64,000 nt of DNA from the human T2T-CHM13v2.0 reference genome, Homo sapiens, in assembly GCF_009914755.1 (NCBI RefSeq), contig NC_060927.1. The stretch is one strand, 5' to 3'. The notes beneath the pieces were generated by a model. That model ran no database searches, was not told the DNA's origin, and was given only the letters and a program-made list of their open reading frames with translations. The position numbers and the translations under genes were made by a program. This document shows positions 58,767 through 64,000 of the stretch, in pieces (the stretch's first letter is position 1; each line of letters starts with the position of its first letter).

Positions 58767-60933
58767 ATTCACTCAAGGCCCTAGAGTTCTACAATCAGCA
58801 GGTGGCAAAGCCAACTAAGTTTGTGTCTTTCCCTTCAGGGTGTCAGGTTTCCCCAGGCCCTGGGCAAGTACAGAGATGCTGTCTGGGAGCCAGGGATTAG
58901 AGTCAAAAACCATACAATTTTGCCTGATGTTCTATTCTACTGTGGCCAAATTGGCACTCAAATCACAATATGAAGTCCTTCCTGCTCTTCCTTCCCCTTT
59001 CCTCTGGCAGAGGGGCTTCTCTCTGTGGCCACCACTACCACTGGCACACAGGAGGTTCTGCTAGGCCACCACCGATGTTCACTTAAAGCCCAAAGGCTCC
59101 TCAGCCAGCTTGTGGTGAATGCTGCCAGGCCTGGGACTCACCCTGAAGGGCAGTGGGCACCCAGGGCAGGGTCCAGAAATGCTGTCCAAGAGACTAGGCT
59201 TGGATTCAGGGACCCCAAAAGCCTCAGGGACCCCAAAAGCTCTATTGTGGCTGAGCTGGTACCTAAGATGAAAAGACAAAGTCCCCTTTACTTTTCCCTC
59301 TGCTTTTCTCAAACAAGAGGAGTTTTTCATCATAGCCACCACAGTTGGGAATGTGCTAGGTCACACCTGAAGTCAGCATGTCTCAGAGCCCAAGGCCCAC
59401 AGCATACTATCTGGGTATTGCTGCTAGTAATTCACAGCCCAAGGACTCTTTAGTCAGTAGGTGATGAATCCTGCCAGAACAAGGTCCTGCCCTTCAAGGC
59501 AGTGGCTTCCCTATTGACCCAAGGTGTGCCTAGAAGTGTTCATGAGCTAGGGGCTGGAATGGGGGCCTTGCGACTCTACCCAGTGCCCTAACCTACTGTG
59601 GCTAAGCTGGTATCCAAGATGCAAGGCAAAGTCCTCTTTACTCTTTGCTTTCCTTTCCTTAAGCAGAAGCAAGGAGTCACTTTCATTGCTGCCTGCCTGG
59701 GGTTGGGGGAGGAGTGGTGCAAGAACTCCCTTAGCTGCACTGGCTGGTGTCTCCCTAAGTCATGTGTCACCCTAGTCCTCCGGCTCTGAGCCCATCCAGC
59801 ACTAGGAGATGCCTAGGAATTAACTGTAATCTTTGTGTCCTAGACTGCCTTTCAAGTTTACCTAGGACCCCAGAGCACTTTGGCCCACGGTGGCAAGGCT
59901 TGCCAAGAAACTCAAGTTCTGATAGCTGGAATGGACAATTCCACTCTGGCTAGGTCTGGTCCAAATGCTCCCTCCATGCATTTGCGCTGGCTTAGCCCAG
60001 CATGGCTTTACTCTCCACTATGACAAGGCAGCACTGAGTTCAATGTGAAGTGCCCCAGTTGCTGTGCTCTCCCTCCCCCAAGCACACAGACTCAGACCCC
60101 ACAGTGCAGCCACTGCCAGGGGGTCAGGGAGGGGTGGCATCAGTGATTCAAAGCTATCTCTCTAACCCTCTTCAATGCCTCTTTCAGCAATATGAAGTTA
60201 AAACCAATACTGTGATTGCTCACCTGATTTTTGGTTCTTGTGATGGTGCTTTTCTGTGTGTAGATAGTTGTTAAAAGTTGGTGTTCCTGCAGTGGGAATC
60301 AATAGTGTAGGCTTCTATTCTGCCATCTTGCCCTGCCATCAATTTCTTGGAATAATTTAATCAATTCATAGTATTTACATTATTGAATATCCAAATGCTT
60401 TTTGTACCCAACCCTCAAGACACAAGGTCTTCCACAAATTGTAAGTTAGTGTTTAGAAATGTAACTGCAGGCTATCATGACAAAGAATTTTAAATCTAGA
60501 AGGAGCCTATTATCTTACGTCTGATCCCTAAGGTCATAACACCAAGGATGTGGATGCTTGTTTGCTGACATTTACTCACCATTCCACCATGCTGCTTCCT
60601 GGAAATGTGTTATAATATTCTATATGCCCACCAACAAGAATGACAGAGAAATCTTCCTAGACCTGCTGCTTATAAAAGTGGGGAAGAATAGTCCAAAGTG
60701 ACTTGTACTTATGGGTATGAGGCAGAACGCTGACCCTTAAGAAAACGTGACTGCATATTGAGAATACAGAATAAACAGAAGGCAGCAAGTAAAGTACTCT
60801 TACATAAAATGCAGCAAGGATGTACAAGTTGCCCAAGGAAGGTTCAGCCTAGGAAGAGAATATGACTCATTATTTGTCAGTAATATACAAGGATCACTGA
60901 GGACACTTATGTTTGGAAATTCTTTACAGAAAT

Positions 60934-60939
60934 TTTATT
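60934..60939 (-). terminator. CEP70: CEP70 poly(A) signal AATAAA
   Basis: tttatt on the + strand ~650 nt past the CEP70 stop. Confidence 0.7.
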
Positions 60940-61582
60940 TGAGATCTCAAGTCCTTATAAAAAGTGCATTACATCAAGATTGCAAAAGACACTTTTTAAA
61001 TGAGAGACTTCTATCTATTCATCCATTTTACCCTATGATTCATTTCCTACCCTAACAGAAATGATGAAACAGTTTTTCTTTCTTCCTTTTCTTCCTCCTG
61101 CTTTGAAAGGGCAACTGTCATGAGGGATATCTTAACAGAATGTGCCAATTAATCCTTGCCAGGAGAGCAGTAGCTTCCTACTGGCTAAATTTAGAGAGCC
61201 CTTGGCATTCCTTTTGGTGTGGCTCAAAGATTATTACAAGCTGAATCTAAAAGATTGCAACCTACTACTTGCAATCTGTCTCCCTGGGCTCCTCTTTTAC
61301 TCACAAACTCCACTCTAAAACAACCTTAAATTTTAAGCACTCAATAATTGCTTTAGAAATGAAGGGATCTAAAGTTAATTACCTTACCCTTGCAACTATT
61401 TTCTGTATAAGAATCTCAAAGTTAATAAAAATTATACAGATGAAGAATGACCTAATACTAAGAAGGGGATGAATTCTGAGAGCAAATACATTTTACAACC
61501 CTTGTCTCAAAATAAGATCAATCCTACAAAATACAAAATGTTAAGAATACAATTTACACAGTAAAAATGATTTGATTTGTTT

Positions 61583-61644
61583 TCAGTATGAAAGTACTTT
61601 TAATTTCTTTACTGCAGGTACAATGGCATCCAAGTCATCAATTT
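61583..61644 (-). CDS. CEP70: CEP70 terminal coding exon (E)IDDLDAIVPAVKKLKVLSY*
   Basis: Minus-strand acceptor ttttgtattacag|AAATTGATGAC, stop TGA at 61583-61585; peptide matches recalled CEP70 C-terminus, and CEP70 is the known convergent neighbour of ESYT3. Confidence 0.88.
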
Positions 61645-62103
61645 CTGTAATACAAAAACAGTAATAATAAAAGAGAGTAACTTTTTCTAGTGGTAAACTC
61701 ACATGAAACAAGAACCTATATGCAAAGGCAAACCCCAAACATAAAGGCAATAATACTGGTGCTTTTGTGCACATGAAGTTTTTCTCCGATAGTGATGATA
61801 GATTATCACTGATTCGGATACAGATGCTTCACAGGGGCTCTGTTTATATAAGTTACCACATACCCACAAGTACCCTCTGATTCTAGTATTAACTTCATTA
61901 GCAGCATGTCCTTATTAACAGATCCAACTGCCCACATGTGTGATATGTTAGTGTCTCATTAGATCTGTATCACTACACGGGTGCATCTACATGATGAAAT
62001 CCCAGGTAGAGGCGTCTCCTCCCTAGGTCTCCACGTGAGGACTTAGGAATTTCTTCTCATAGAACAGTCTTGTCCTCTTTAATTTTCTTGGGAAGATTTC
62101 TTA

Positions 62104-62429
<326 letters not shown>

Positions 62430-64000
62430 CAATTATCTGCCTAATCAAAAAGATAGCCTCATCGAGTGTACAAACCTCAAGTACAATATATTATAGAGCT
62501 TAGCCTGGTCCAGCTTACCAGATAAACCAATCCAGGCTCTTTTTTGACAGGCTCTTTCTGAATTTGATTTTTCTTCCTAAGACTATCTTATTCCAACCAG
62601 CCTAAGTTAGAATTCACTCTCTGAAGCTCCTGGCCACCAAAGGAGCAAAATCCTTTTTCTCATTATCCAGATCCCAGCCCTACTTAAGGTAAGCCACAAT
62701 GGCAGGTTCTCTAGATACCCACACTTTTTTCTAGCTTATTCTGTTAAGCCATCATTAATAAACGCGTTCCCTTACATAAAGCATGCTTTCTTGGATTCCA
62801 ACTCTCTCCATTGTGTAGCTGGATCTTGGTTGCTCTTCATTTAGCCTACACACATAGCCCATGCTCTCCTACTATTCATTTAGTTCTTTTAAGCTCCCGA
62901 CTTCAGTCAGAATACTTGTCTGAACCCACTAACAAAGCATCAAGATATGGGAACAGAAACAATATAAGCAAACCTACAACAGAGAATTTGTTTACAATTC
63001 CCTTACATTGTGGTAAGGTACAAGATCAAGGTATTCCCTGACTCCGCCCCCTGCCCATTCTGAAATTACACCTGTTTTCTCATTAAGTGAGAAACCTGCC
63101 TTACAAATGAACCTCACAGCAAAGGACCTTGGCCGATATGGGAATTTCCTCAGTCAATCACACCATTTACATGAGAAAAAGAATGGATTGTTTTTTTACT
63201 CACTAAAGGTACTCTCCATGTCTGTTACTCAGTATGCCACACTGCACCTACATGCTTAGTGACACCTATTAATTAAAAAAACTGTCATGTTTGCCAGATT
63301 TAACTTTCCCAATGTTAATGTTTAACACCAGAACTTCAACTTTGACCAAATTACAGAATTCATCTCCAGAGAAACCTGGCTTTCTGAAGCAAATGATCTT
63401 TATGAACCATGCTGAGTGTCATAATATCTGAAAGGAAGTTTCTATAGAAGCATTCTGAAATAAGTGTTACCAGCACACCCTATTAAAATATGTTTATTAA
63501 TGGGCCAAATATTTATGAATGATGAGAACATCACTGCTTAAGTTAATAGCAATCCCAAAGCAAGAATCATATTATTCTATGAAACCAGGCTCTTCAGGAT
63601 ATCAGACAACACACTTATACAGTTTCATACCTCATCTCAAGTTTAACTTTCAAATTACATTTTCACTTGCTGTGATCTTTTTAAACATGAGGACAAGCCT
63701 AAAGCAAGCTCACTCATTGTCTCCCTTGCTTCCCCACTGCACATAAGACTGGTCACAAAACTTCCTTTATGTTCAGTAGGCTATATATTCTAATTAGATA
63801 CTTCTTTCACTTATTCTTCTTATCAAGTTTTCATTGACTCATTCCCTTATTTTCATACCAAGCTTCATCTCCTCTTCTAAAAGCAAAGAGCCATTCTTTA
63901 AAAAAAAAAAAAAATCTTTCAAATGAGCTATACAGAAAAAATTCACTGGTGAATACATCACTTTAAAACTTTAAAAATCATTCTTAATAGTAAGATAAAT

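Overview
Human (Alu-, LTR12- and MER11-containing) genomic DNA carrying the complete ESYT3 gene (extended synaptotagmin-3) on the + strand. I reconstructed 23 coding exons from ATG 1352 to TGA 43422. All introns are GT-AG, and the exons total 2661 nt = 886 aa + stop (ER hairpin, SMP, C2A, C2B, linker, C2C). A CpG-island promoter precedes it. After the 3' UTR comes an L1-rich intergenic block. It includes a 5'-complete old L1 (- strand) with nested LTR12C, MER11, MER75 and Alu insertions. The last exon of the convergent CEP70 gene (- strand) lies near 61 kb. Nearly all ORFs in the supplied track are incidental. I see no new gene system. The most unusual signal is a 442-bp, 97.5% identical, gap-free inverted duplication in ESYT3 intron 2 (19428-19869 / 20190-20631), made mostly of sequence I do not recognise as repeat. 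Also notable are back-to-back convergent LTRs, a candidate C2C-less ESYT3 isoform, uORFs and a candidate alternative CEP70 last exon. Gene and repeat-family names come from my recall of those sequences, not from a database search.
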